Notes under the pieces: generated by a model | Databases searched by the model: none | The model's input: the letters and a program-made list of their open reading frames with translations, nothing else | Told to the model about the DNA's origin: nothing | Assembly: GCA_013239625.1 (NCBI GenBank) | Contig: MU056050.1 | Location: 7,207,016-7,227,015, forward strand | Reading direction: 5' to 3' | Source of the DNA: Lama guanicoe | Taxonomy: Eukaryota | Length of the DNA stretch: 20,000 nt | In this document: piece after piece, positions 1 through 11,899 of the stretch | Layout: every line of letters starts with the position of its first letter | Position numbering within the stretch: position 1 is the stretch's first letter | Translations under genes and position numbers: made by a program

Positions 1-2416
1 TCACAGCTGACTCAGATGCTTTGTCTCGTCTTTCCTTCCACAAGCCCTCAACAGGGACACGTTTCCTTACTTTTTCTTTAAAGATGCCTTCAAAGCATCC
101 AGGATGCTGCTCCTGAATGAAACTAATGGTGTTTTCTGCAAGACATGTTGTTTTGTGAATTTACAGGCTTCCAGGCTGTAGTCAGAAAGGAAACCTTTCC
201 TGATGACCTACTCAATCTTTGGCCTTTAGAATCCAATCCAGTCAGTAACCATCATGCCAAGTTTAATTTAAGCAGCTGGCTCACTTCTAAGCCACAGGCT
301 GTACATCTGTTTCTAACCCCCTTAAAACATTAAATGATCCAGTAAGCCATTTCTTAAGTGTGAGATTTTAACAGACTGGGGTTGATTAAGATATGAAAGA
401 CATCCTGAGAAGTTTTGGCCATCTTGGATAGAAATGTAGCCTTACTGAAACCTGACTTCAATTTTATTAGAGCTGGCATTTAAAAAATTAGTAGGTATAT
501 TGAAGGGATGCTTATCCTCTTGAATTTTACTAGCAGATTCAAAGAGCTAGTTCTCGCTGCAGTAGGACAGACATAAGTCACACTGTTATATTGCAAAACA
601 CTGACAATAACTCACACTGTGGTTTACTGTCAAGAAACTCAAACAAAAAGAAGAAAGATCCCTCCTCACCAAACTTATTGCTTTTCTTTCAACCTGAAAT
701 TATTTTTGCAGTCTAATGTGATGGTACTTTGCTTCCTAACCTAATTGTGTCAGTTTGAAATATTTGGTCACAAATCAGCTTCCCAGAGAAGATCCGTTTA
801 TAATGAACTGTCATGACTTTCTCTGAAGGAAGCTTCACTTAAAATAACAGGAAAAAACATATTCTGACTCACATTTTTTGATTATCAGTTAGCTCTCTCT
901 TCCTGTCTTCTTTAGCTGTCATTTCATGGTATATTTGTTTTCAAATTAGAAACACTTACACTTATGTATAATATCGAAAGATTCTTCTATGCCATTTGAC
1001 CTCTTGCTTCTTTAAATGAAATACTTTACAAAGCAGAGAGATGCTTACACTAAAAAAGTCCTCAAGTCAATTTGTGATGTCATTCCTAAAGAGCTACTCT
1101 AAGCATAATGTTATTAGTATAACCCCACGTCTATCTATAGTCTTTTGGCTACACACTCCATTTTATGCATGAAGCAAAACAGAGCTAAGTAGCTAAGTAG
1201 CAGCTCTGGGACATTTTAGAAGCTCTGATAGTATGAGGAAAGTCCTGCTAAATAGAGCAGCTTTGGCACTTTTCAATTAAATGCTTGATAAATGAATTTG
1301 TCTGGGATTGTGCTCGTTTCTTTAATAGCACCCACAAAACTGGAAAGTGAGTTGGTTTTATGAAGTGGAAGAATTAAAAGCATATTGCAAATGGCCTCCA
1401 GAAGAAAACACTTTCAATCATTTGTTTCAACTACACCAAGGTTGCCAGTTCTCAACAGCACTCTGGGGGAAGTCACTAAGCTAGCAAACACACTAGAGCC
1501 TGTGTGTATTGCATCTTCCTGAGCTGAGCACAGAAGATAAAGAGCACGAGCTCTTGTAGAACTGTAGAACTGTGGAATTGATTTCTGGCTCTTGGTCTAA
1601 ACTCCTAATCTCTTCCTTCTGAGGCATTAAAATCAGGCAGTTCTGGTCAATGGGCCTTTCTTTTCAGAGGATAACTTCAGTTGAATGTTCAGGCATAAAG
1701 GAGATTAGGGAAGTATGACAGGGAGATGCTATCAGTAGACTTTACTCGCCTGAAATAGACTGGGCACCCGATGCATGGTTGTGATATAATAATCCATTTA
1801 GAAGTTAGCAGACTTTCTCAGAGGTCCTCACTGACGGTTCTTTTTGCTGCAGGCTCTCAGTAGGCACAGTCCCATTTTGCCTTCCCTGTTGCTGTTATCT
1901 AGCTTTAGAATATTGTGTCTCCTTGTTAGCTTTCCTAGGTTCCTTCTCTTTTGATTTTGGCTGTTTCACCTGCAGCAGCTCATTATGATACTAGATGGAG
2001 TGTCTGCAAAGAAATGTCAATGCTCTATTTGTACTTGTTTCTTTGTTTAATGAAATGCTTAATTAAAAGTATTTTGTGTCACATGGGTTTTGTATGTTGC
2101 TATTTGCTTGACAGATGAAGCAGGGTTGAGGTGTGCACTCTGATCTTCTCCAAAAAGGAAGACAGGAATGTTAGGGATGGATAGACATTTTATTCACTGA
2201 AAAGCACTCTCTCTAGAACTTTAAGAAATGCCAAGGACTCACACCTAAAAGCATAGCCCTTGATTCAAGAATTACCCTGGAGAGAGGCTTTTAATCCCCA
2301 ATCAACCAAACATTCCACATTGATACCTATTGATTGGTAGGAATTTCAGGGCATTTTCACTGTCACTGAAAAGGGAGAAGGGCGCAAGGGAAAAGTGTTA
2401 CTTAGGACTCATGTAC

Positions 2417-2524
2417 CTTTTCTTTAAGATTTTCCAACATTTTTTCCACCTGTAACTTGTCATCTTTGATTTTTTCAAGTTCAGCTTCTTTCCTTTTGTA
2501 TTCCTCTTGGACTTTGAGTAGATG
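2417..2524 (-). CDS. ENOX2: ENOX2 internal coding exon (108 bp, phase 0 to 0): HLLKVQEEYKRKEAELEKIKDDKLQVEKMLENLKEK
   Basis: Minus strand reads ttgtag|CATCTACTC...AAAGAAAAG|gtacat: 36 codons, no stop. It continues ...QGMQQ-HLLKVQEEY... as in recalled ENOX2. I did not find the next exon in 1-2416. Confidence 0.95.
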
Positions 2525-3004
2525 CTACAAGATAGACCAAAGACAAGTAAGTCTTAAGGAACCACATTTCACTTAAAAACCCTGGCTGAAGTTAGATATT
2601 AGGCAGGCCTGCCTCACTTTCTCCCAGCACACACAATCATTTCTCCATGCAGATACTAAGAGGAAAATCAAGATACTTTTCACTTGAAGTTATTTTATCT
2701 GGCTCTTATGAACTTCTTTTGGAATTGTTCATATTTTAGAAAGAGTCTGAGAAACTAATTGATCTAATCACGTAACTTTCCTATTCCAGCCAGATGTAAG
2801 GGTAGGGTGCAGTTAATACTACATGGACAATATCTTGATTTTGGTATAGAACTGAACTTAATGTTGTAAAGCATTCTTGCAAATAGCCATTTTCCAAGCC
2901 AAGTTCAATTTCTGTGAGGAAAGTAGTAAAGAATCCAAATTTCACAAATGTTAGTTCCCTTATCAGTAAGCAAGGAACTACATTCAATATTAATGATCAC
3001 TACA

Positions 3005-3222
3005 AATACTATGTATATAGCATCTAACATGTGCCAAGTATTGCGCAAAGGGTTTCATACGCATGATCTCATTTAAGCCTCACAATAACCCTATGATACA
3101 TAATCCTGAAGGTTAGAGAGGTTTAGTGGTTTGCCTAAGGCTATTCATATTGTCAGTGCCAGAGCTGGGATTTAAACCCCAGTTGAGTCAGCCCCACAGC
3201 CCATGCTCTTAAGCAACATATT
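3005..3222 (-). mobile_element. MIR SINE, degenerate, with internal deletion
   Basis: Resembles the reverse complement of the MIR consensus: atgtgccaagtattgcgc..atctcatttaagcctcacaataaccctatga..gagaggtttagtggtttgcctaagg..cagagctgggatttaaaccc..catgctcttaag. Confidence 0.8.
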
Positions 3223-4680
3223 AACTATACATCTTTTGGGAATAAGATGGGATAAATTTAATCATTGTTTACAAGGCTATTTTCCAGTAAAAAGTAATCA
3301 AAATGAGTGAAATTAATTTTTCAGGAGGTAGAGACCTAATTGTCTCACCAAGGTTTCCGAAGTGATGGAATGAAAAAAAAAAGTTCATCAGTTTTAATTT
3401 TAATTTAAGTAGCAGAACTGTTCTTATGTGGAATGGTTTCAAAATTAAGGTAAGAGGGGAAAACAACAAGAAAATGTTTGCAAAGTCTTGCTTTTCAGAG
3501 GCTTGCAAAAGACCATTGGGAGGGCTAAAAGACACAGTACAATGTACATCGTCAAAATTCTTTGAAGTCTAGCTGAGGAGATGTTTTATATTTTTTTGGT
3601 GGAAAGATCTCTGATGTAATTTACATGTTCTAATTAAACTCCATGGTGATAGTAAAAGGAAGGTAAGCATTACTTCACACATTTTGCTAATAGGAAGGGT
3701 GAAGTATTAATGTGATATTACTTGTCACATACGAAGACAATGATAGCAGAAGTAATAGGAATATGGGGCTCTTAGTGCCAGAAGAGACTCCCTGTTCACA
3801 ATTTGTGATTTCTAACCATCAATGAGCTTTGCCCTAGATAATTCCAAGGCATGCAATTAAAAAATTATTGCACAATTTAAGTTGTGAGGAAAATGGCTGG
3901 TAGTCTGGCAAGACAGAAGAGGATAGTACTCTTATTCAGAAGTACTACTCCTTTACTATAATGGGAACAGATGTTGATATTTGTTAAATAGTATACTCGC
4001 TGTGGTGATGGTTACATAAAACTTCTAAGTCTTGAGCATCTATTACACAATATTGTGTTTGAATGCAATTACAGTTGGATGCACTTATTTACTTTACTTT
4101 GTATACTTGGAATAGTGTGCAGGTAAACTCATTCACATAAATGACTGTGAAAACAAAACAAAACAAAAGCAAATTGGTATTACGTGCCCAAAAGCATTGA
4201 TACTTAAAAACCCATAACACCCCTCCTTCCACCCAAATCAAGGGTAGAATTCCTGCTATTTCTTCTAAGAGACTGTATTATTTAGCATTGTATCAACTAG
4301 ATACTTATTCACCAGCACTTTTTCATATCTAAGTAATTGAGGCTCTTCATAAGGACCCCGAGACCCTATTCAAATCCTAAAGTAACTTCTGAAGCATAAA
4401 GAGCATAATGAAAAGATTAGGTTATGCTCGGTGTAGTTTTATTGCTAAGTATTTTTTACTGAATACTCATTCCTTGAAAATTGGTGATCCACTGCTACCT
4501 CTGTATTAACCAGAATATTTCATGAACTGTGATGCATAAACCCTTCCTCAGCTATGCCAAGAGAACAGACTATGAAGAAGAATAAGAGGTTTGCTGTTCT
4601 GTTTGCTTGTGGGGGCCCTTTTACAGGTGAGGAGCTGATATTTGCCTTCCAAAAAGCTCAGAAAACCAAAATTTCTTTAC

Positions 4681-4862
4681 CTGTTGCATTCCTTGCAGGG
4701 CTTGCTGTAGGAGTTTCAGCTGCTGTTCCTTGTTTGGGTCATCTTCTCTGAGGGCTTTGCCTTGTTCTTGCTTAAGCAGTTCCACCTCATTCCGGTAGGC
4801 ATCAAGCTGCCAACGGAGGCTGTCATTTTCTTCTTTCAGAGCTTCTGCCTGTGATACTAAGG
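4681..4862 (-). CDS. ENOX2: ENOX2 internal coding exon (182 bp, phase 1 to 0): (A)LVSQAEALKEENDSLRWQLDAYRNEVELLKQEQGKALREDDPNKEQQLKLLQQALQGMQQ, coiled-coil region
   Basis: Minus strand reads ttgtttag|CCTTAGTA...ATGCAACAG|gtaaag. Lies within ORF-track entry 4621..4908. Peptide recognised as ENOX2 and phase-compatible with both neighbouring exons. Confidence 0.96.
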
Positions 4863-4985
4863 CTAAACAATGAATATAAAGTAGTAAAACCATATATCCA
4901 GATTCCATTGTGGTTCACTTTAGTACCATGAAAACTTGATATTTTAAATAGACATGTATGAAAAGCTTCTCCTTGAGAAACTTTA

Positions 4986-5089
4986 TTTTAAAAAAGTTTT
5001 TAATGGAGGTACTGGGGATTGAACCCAGGACCTTGAGCATACTAAGTAAGCATGTACTCTACCAATGAGCTATACCTATGCCTCCTCAA
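4986..5089 (-). mobile_element. tRNA-derived SINE (camelid Vic-1-like) with 12-bp TSD
   Basis: Reverse complement has an A-box-like tagctcattggtag, a B-box ggttcaatccc, then cagtacctccattaaaaa. Flanks are tgagaaacttta (4974-4985) and tgaggaacttta (5090-5101), one mismatch. Confidence 0.88.
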
Positions 5090-6244
5090 TGAGGAACTTT
5101 AGATCTGAGTTCGCCATGATAGCAAGAGATGTATACAAAAGCATATAGACTTATTTCTGTAAATGAACACAGGATTCCAACACACAGAAGTCCTCATCAT
5201 GTTTCAAACTTTTCACTCAATATCACTAAAATATTTCTGGCTAACATCAGTTACTTTTATTTGAAATACAGCAAATGATAAGTGCCTGTAATGATGAAAT
5301 AGAGGGCTAATTGTCTTGAACTAATGACTGTCTATACAGTAATTTTGCTGATGGTTGTTTTTAAAACATGTAGCCTTGACTGGTCCTATAGAGGAAAGGT
5401 AAATATAAAAATTAAGACACAAGACTTCTAGTTTCGGGTCTAGCATGTAAGGAGCTTAGAAGTCACCACTCCCTCCTAACAACAAGTAAAAAGCTGAACA
5501 AACTAAAAAAAAATCAACAACTCTTCTTAGATACAACAGAGAAGTGAAGTAACAGGGCAAACTCCTGCCCCTAAATTTGGAGAGACAGACAGGTGAATAT
5601 AGACAATCATAACTTACCAGACCAGAAACCCATGAGCACAAATCCCCACAGGAAACAATGTCAAGGTAGGAAAACCTAAACTGTACTTGACAATTTGCTG
5701 GAGGCTCAGTGTGGACAAATCAGATAGTTAAAAACTCCAGGGAGATGCAGTCATAGTGAGGTCCCTACACTTTCATGAGTTTTATCTCCAGGAGCTCCAC
5801 CAGGTCCTCAGACTGAATATCAGAGCAAAATTCCTATGTGCTTCCAGCAGGGGAGGGGGAAAAAGAAACCCATCTGAAATATGCCAAAGCATCAAGTCCT
5901 TCTTTAAAAGGTCTGCCCCAAGAAGAAATTATTTTACCTGAGCCTAACCTGCTGGGGTAGTATGAGAGTCTAACCAACCCAGGGAACCAACAAGCTCCAG
6001 CCTCCTCTAGCCATTCTGTCCCATCTAAATGTGGAGAAAAAAACCCGAGAAATACTTGTGAAGTTCGAAGTCCAGAGATATAGGCTTACTAAAAGACTGA
6101 GACCTAATCATAGGACTATAAAGTGATTCTCCTCCCTCCATACCTTACCACCATACCACAACAGTCCTATTTACCAGAGTTCCTTTCACCCAGTACTTCA
6201 TGTCCAGACTGCAACAAAAAACATTACAAGGCATAGTAAAAAGT

Positions 6245-6288
6245 AAAAAAAAAAAACCAAAACCAACCAACCAACCAAACAAACAAAC
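6245..6288 (+). repeat. A-rich compound microsatellite (A)n(CAAC)n(CAAA)n inside the L1M
   Basis: aaaaaaaaaaaaccaaaaccaaccaaccaaccaaacaaacaaac is directly visible. Confidence 0.8.
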
Positions 6289-7169
6289 CCCCACAGTCTG
6301 AAGAGACTGAACAAAGATCAGAAGTAGAGCCAGATATGGCAGAAATGTTGGAATTATTAGACTGGGAATTTAAAACAACTATTGTTAATGTGCTAAGGGT
6401 TTTATCATAAAAAGTAGACAACATGGAAGAGCAGATGGATAATATATGCAGAGAAAAATTCTAAGAATCAAATAGAAATGCTAGAGATCAAAAACACTAA
6501 CAGAAATGAAAAATGCCCTTGATGGGCTTATTTAGTAGATTGGGCATGGCTAGGGAAAGAATCTCTGAGCTTGAGGATATGTCAAACTTCCTAAACTGAA
6601 AAGCAAAAAGAAAAAAAATTAACCCCCCCAAACCAGAATATGCACGAATTTGAGATAATTACAAAAGATGTAATGTATACATAATGAGGGTATCAGAGGT
6701 AGAAGAAAGAGAGAAAGAAACAGAAGCAATATATGAAATAATAATGACTTAGAATATGTCCAAATTAGTGTTTGACACCAAACTACAGATCCAGGAAGCT
6801 CAGAGAACTTCAAGAAGGATAAATGCCAAAAAACAAGGCCTAGGTATATAATACTCAAACTTCAGAAAATCAAAGAGAAATAAACAATCTTGAAATAAGC
6901 CAGAAGGGAAAAAAACACCCCACCTATAGAGGAGCAAAGATAAGAATTACATCCTACTTCTCCTCAGAAATCATGTAAGTAAAAATAGAATGGATAGAAT
7001 ACTTAAAAGTGTTGAGAGAAAAATATCCATCAACTTCTAATTGTGTACCCTGTGAAACTATCCTTCAAAAGTGAATGATAAATAAAAACTTTCTCAGACA
7101 AATAAAAGTTGAGGGAATTTGTTGCCAGTAGACCTGCCTTGCACGAAATATTAAAAGAAGTTCCTAAGA

Positions 7170-7346
7170 AGGGGGAAATGTATAGCTCAAGTGGTAGAGT
7201 GCATGCTTACCAAACACAAGGTCCTGGGTTCAATCCCCAGTACCTCTTCTAGAAATAAATGTAAGTAAACCTAACTACCCCCCCTAAATAAAGTAAAATA
7301 AATTTTAACAAAAGAAACAGTAGAGTAGATGAGGTATTATTTTAAA
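7170..7346 (+). mobile_element. tRNA-derived SINE (Vic-1-like) nested in the L1M, 17-bp TSD
   Basis: gggggaaatgtatagctcaagtggtagagtgcatgc..gtcctgggttcaatccccagtacctc (A and B boxes) plus tail. TSD aaaagaagttcctaaga (7153-7169) and aaaataagttcctaaga (7347-7363). Confidence 0.92.
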
Positions 7347-8086
7347 AAAATAAGTTCCTAAGAGAGAAGGAAAATGACATGTCAGAAACTTGCATCTATA
7401 TAAAGAAAGGAGCATAAAGAGCATCAAAGAAGGAATAAGTGAAGGTAAAATAAAAACTTTAATTTTTCTTATTCTTAATTGATCTAACAGAGATAACAGT
7501 TTGTTCAAAATAATAGTTAATGCATTCAATTATGTATGCTTGTATGTGTGTGTATGTGTGTGTGCTTATGTATAAAGTGAAATTAATGACAGCAATGATA
7601 CAAGGAATGGGAAGAAGAAATTGGGATTATATTATACCCACTGTGGTATAGTGTTATTTGAAAGTGGACTTGAATTATTTGTAAATGTAAATTGCATACT
7701 CTGGGGCAACCACTAAAAAAAAGTAAAAAAGAAGTATAACCAATATGCTAGGAAAAAAGAGAAAATGTAATCAGACAAAATGTTCAGTTAAAACCATAAA
7801 GGGCTGGAAAATAGTAAAAGACAAAAAGGGAACAAAGAACAAGAGCAATAAATAGAAAACAGTAACAAATATGGTAGATATTAATCCAACTACATCAATA
7901 ATCATTTTGAATATCAATGGTCTAAATATACCCATTAAAATTCAGAAATTGTCAGAATGATTAAAAACAACAACTAAATGGTATCTACAAGAAACATATT
8001 TTCAACATAAAAATACATATGGATTAAAAGTAAAGGGATGGAGAAAGATACACTATACTAACACCAATCAAAAAAGAGTAAGAGTA

Positions 8087-8535
8087 TTCAGCCATAAAAA
8101 CCGACAACATAACGCCATTTGCAGCAACATGGATGTTACTGGAGAATGTCATTCTAAGTGAAGTAAGCCAGAAAAAGAAAGAAAAAATACCATATGAGAT
8201 CGCTCATATGTGGAATCTAAAAAACAAAAACAAAAACAGAAACAAAAAATACAAAACAGAAACAGACTCATAGACATAGAATACAAACTTGTGGTTGCCA
8301 GGGAGATAAGGGGTGGGAAGGGACTGGGATTTCAAAATGTAGAATAGATAAACAAGATTGTACTGTGTAGCACAGGGAAATATATACAGGATCTTCTGGT
8401 GGCTCACGGTGAAAGAGAATGTGACAATGAATGTATGTATGTTCTTGTATAACTGAAAAATTGTGCTCTACACTGGAATTTGACACAACATTGTAAAATG
8501 ACTATAACTCAATAAAAAAAGTTTATATGTATATA
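8087..8535 (+). mobile_element. 5'-truncated young L1 (ORF2 end, 3'UTR, A-rich tail) with perfect 17-bp TSD
   Basis: Highly similar to 10953-11420. TSD aaaaaagagtaagagta at 8070-8086 and 8536-8552. AATAAA at 8511. Confidence 0.93.
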
Positions 8536-9403
8536 AAAAAAGAGTAAGAGTAGCTATATTTCAGACACAGCTGATTTCAGATCAATGAAAGTTATCAAGG
8601 TTAAAGAAGGGGCACTACACAATGATAAAGGGGTCAGTATTCCAAGAAGACATAATAAATTTAATGTGTGTGAGCCTAACAACAGAGTGTCATAATAAAG
8701 CAAAATCTGACAGAACTGTGAGGAAAAATAGTTGATTTGACCATTATAGAGACTTTAAACCCCTCTATCAAAAGTGGAGAGATTCAGTAGGCCAAATATC
8801 AGTAATGACATAGTTGAACTCAACAGCACCATCAATTAAATGTTAGGATATAATTGACATGTATAGACCATTTCATCTAATGACAGTAGATTACACATCC
8901 TTCTCAAGCTCACATGCAACATTCACCAAGATAGATCATATTGTGCACCATAAAACACATCTTAACAAATTAACACATTAAAAGATAAAAATTATACTAT
9001 GTATGCTATCAGACCACAATGAAATTAAACTAGAAGTCAATAACAGAAAGGTAGATGGAAAATTCCAAAATACTTGGAGATTAAACAACATACCTCTAAA
9101 ATCACGAGTCAAAGAAGAAAGTCTCAAAAGAAAATGTAAAATATTTGAACTAAATGGAAATAAACACAAAACACCTTTAAAATTTTGAGATGCAGGGAAA
9201 GCCATTCTTAGAGGGAAATTTATAGCATTGAGAACATATATTAGAAAAGAAGAAAGATCTAAAATCAATCATCTGAGCTTCCACCTTAGGAAATGAGAAA
9301 AAGAAGACCAAATTAAATCTAAAGTAAGGAAAAGAAAAGATAAAATAATAATAGATCAGAAATCAATCAAATAGAAAACAGGAATTCAATAGAGAAAATC
9401 TAT

Positions 9404-11426
9404 TCACACAAAAACTAACAGAGCTGATAGAAGAATTCAGCAATGTAGCAGGTTACAAGATTAACGTTCAAAAATCAGTTGCATTTCTTTACACTAACGA
9501 TGAATCAACAGAAAAAGAAAGTGAAGAAACAATCCCTGTTAAAATAGCACCCAAAGTAATAAAATACCTAGGAATAAATCTAACCAAGGAGGTAAAAGAA
9601 TTATACAATGAAAACTATAAACCACTGATGAAGGAAACTAAAGGAGACATTAAAAAATGGAAAGATATCCCATGCTCTTGGATTGGAAGAATCAATATTG
9701 TTAAAATGTTTACACTGCCCAAGGCAATCTACAGATTTAATGCAATCCCTATGAAATTACCCAGGACGTATTTCACAGAACTAGAACAAATCATAATAAA
9801 ATTTATATGGAACCATCAAAGACCTAGAATTGCCAAAGCAAAGCATTACTGAAGAGAAAGAAAGAGGCTGGAGGAATAACTCTCCCAGACTTCAGACAAT
9901 ACTATAGAGCTACAGTCATCAAGACAGCATGGTATTGGTACAAAAACAGACATATAGACCAATGGAACAGGATAGAGAGCCCAGAAATGAACTCACAAAC
10001 TTTTGGTCAACTCATCTTTGACAAAGGAGGCAAGAATATACAATGGAATAAAGACAGGCTCTTCAACAAATGGTGTTGGGAAAACTGGACAGCAACATGT
10101 AAAGCAATGAAGCTAGAACACTCCCATACACCATACACACAAATAAACTCAAAGTGGATCAAGGACTTAAACATAAGACAAGATACAATAAACCTCCTAG
10201 AGGAAAACATAGGCAAAACATGATCTGACATACATCTCAAAAATGTTGTGCTAGAACAGTCTCAAGCAATAGAAATAAAAGCAAGAATAAACAAATGGGA
10301 CCTAATGAAACTTACAAGCTTCTGCACAGCAAAGGAAACCATAAGTAAAACAAAAAGACAACCTACGGAATGGGAGAAAAGTTTTGCAAATGAAACCGAC
10401 AAAGGCTTGATCTCCAGAATATATAAGAAGCTCATACGACTTAATAAGAAACAACCAAACAGCCCAATCCAAAAATGGGCAGAAGACCTAAACAAGCAAT
10501 TCTCCAAGGAAGACATACAAATGATCCATAGGCACATGAAAAAATGCTCAATATCACTAATTATCAGAGAAATGCAAATCAAAACTACAATGAGGTATTA
10601 CCTCACACCAGTCAGAATGGCCATCATTCAAAAATCCACAAATGACAAATGCTGGAGAGGCTGTGGAGAAAGGGGAACCCTCCTACACTGCTGGTGGGAA
10701 TGCAGTTTGGTGCAGCCACTGTGGAAAACAGTATGGAGATTTCTTAAAAGACTAGGAAGAGACTTACCATATGACCCAGGAATCCCACTCCTGGGCACGT
10801 ATCCAGAAGGAAATCTACTTCAGGATGACACCTGCACCCCAATGTTCATAGCAGCACTATTTACAATAGCCAAGACATAGAAACAGCCTAAATGTCCATC
10901 AACAGATGACTGGATAAAGAAGTGGTGGTATATTTATACAACGGAATACTACTCAGCCATAAAAACTGATAACATAACGCCATTTGCAGCAACATGGATG
11001 CTCCTGGAGAATGTCATTCTAAGTGAAGTAAGCCAGAAAGAGAAAGAAAAATACCATATGAGATTGCTCATATGTGGAATCTAAAACAAACAAATACACA
11101 AACAAACAAACAAAGCATAAACACAAAACAGAAATAGACTCATAGACATAGAATAGAAACTTGTGGTTCCCAAGGGGGCGGGGGGTGGGAAGGGACAGAT
11201 TGAGAGTTTGAAATTTGTAGATAGTGAGAGGCAAATGTAGAATAGATAAACAAGATTATACTGTATAGCAAAGGGAAATATATATAAGATCTTGTGGTAG
11301 CTCACAGTGAGAAAAAATGTGACAGTGAATACATGTATGTTCATGTATAACTGAAAAAATGTGCTCTACACTGGAAATTGACACAACATTGTAAAATGAC
11401 TATAACTCAATAAAAAAAGTTAAAAA
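9404..11426 (+). mobile_element. 5'-truncated young L1 (C-terminal ORF2 and 3'UTR), inactivated
   Basis: ORF-track peptides 9628, 9987 and 10248 are L1 ORF2 ([45 protein letters not shown]). Disablements: aagca duplication at 9836-9845, TGA 10221-10223, TAG 10878-10880. ORF2 ends near 11084, followed by 3'UTR and AATAAA near 11409. Confidence 0.95.
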
Positions 11427-11899
11427 TATTAATGCCTAGGTTTCTCCAATGGTACAAAGGAAACAAAAAAAAACATTTAATGGACGTAAATTCAGGGAAT
11501 CAGCCATCCTTACAAAGCCGCATTACAAAGAGATGCTAAAAAAACTTACCAAATTTTTGAAGAAAGATGCTAAAAAATGTTACCAAATTAGAGAAGGAAA
11601 GATGTGCAACATCCCTCTTAGGGCTCATAAAAAAGTTTGAGCTGGAGTGATTCACAAAGACAAAAAGCCCAAAAGAACAGAAAATGGGAACAAAAAGTGA
11701 GAGATGTGAGCAGAACATATTGGAGGTGGTTACAGGTCAGTTCAGGCAAAATCTCAAGTGAGTTCCCTGACCTTGTGATGCCTTGCTTTCCTTGCCTCTG
11801 CAGGTCATTACTCCAATTAGTCTTCTGCCAGCATGGATGCAATGGGATTTCATTGTTTTTCCTCTGAGATCTCTAAAGTCTCCTCTCAAACAGTATCTC

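Larger units (their letters stand above)
5421..9400 (+). mobile_element. Ancient L1M (L1MD/L1MDa-like) 5' portion: 5'UTR, decayed ORF1, inter-ORF spacer and ORF2 endonuclease region, interrupted by two younger insertions
   Basis: 5' end gacttctagtttcgggtctagcatgtaaggagcttagaagtcaccactcc. ORF1-end motif tagacctgccttgcacgaaatattaaaagaagtt. EN-domain remnants include (N)INGLNIPIK near 7911, NTNQKRVRVAI across the 8087 insert, and SDHNEIKLEVNN at 9003+. Many stops and frameshifts. Confidence 0.88.

Noticed and set aside
1183..1573. 8-bp tandem duplications agctaagt x2 (1183-1198) and tgtagaac x2-3 (about 1555-1575)
   Set aside because: Ordinary slippage micro-duplications.
4554..4751. 65-aa + strand ORF overlapping the ENOX2 exon
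   Set aside because: Antisense shadow of the exon with no recognisable homology or supporting signals.
4621..4908. 95-aa ORF as a standalone gene
   Set aside because: Only 4681-4862 is ENOX2 exon. The flanking residues are read-through past canonical splice sites.
7171..7250. tRNA-like sequence with A and B boxes (also 5005-5085 on the minus strand)
   Set aside because: Has a SINE tail and TSDs and no intact cloverleaf; it is a tRNA-derived SINE, not a tRNA gene.
9628..10880. ORFs of 74, 78 and 210 aa as host genes or a functional reverse transcriptase
   Set aside because: Broken fragments of one disabled L1 ORF2. The antisense ORFs here are the familiar L1 shadow frames.
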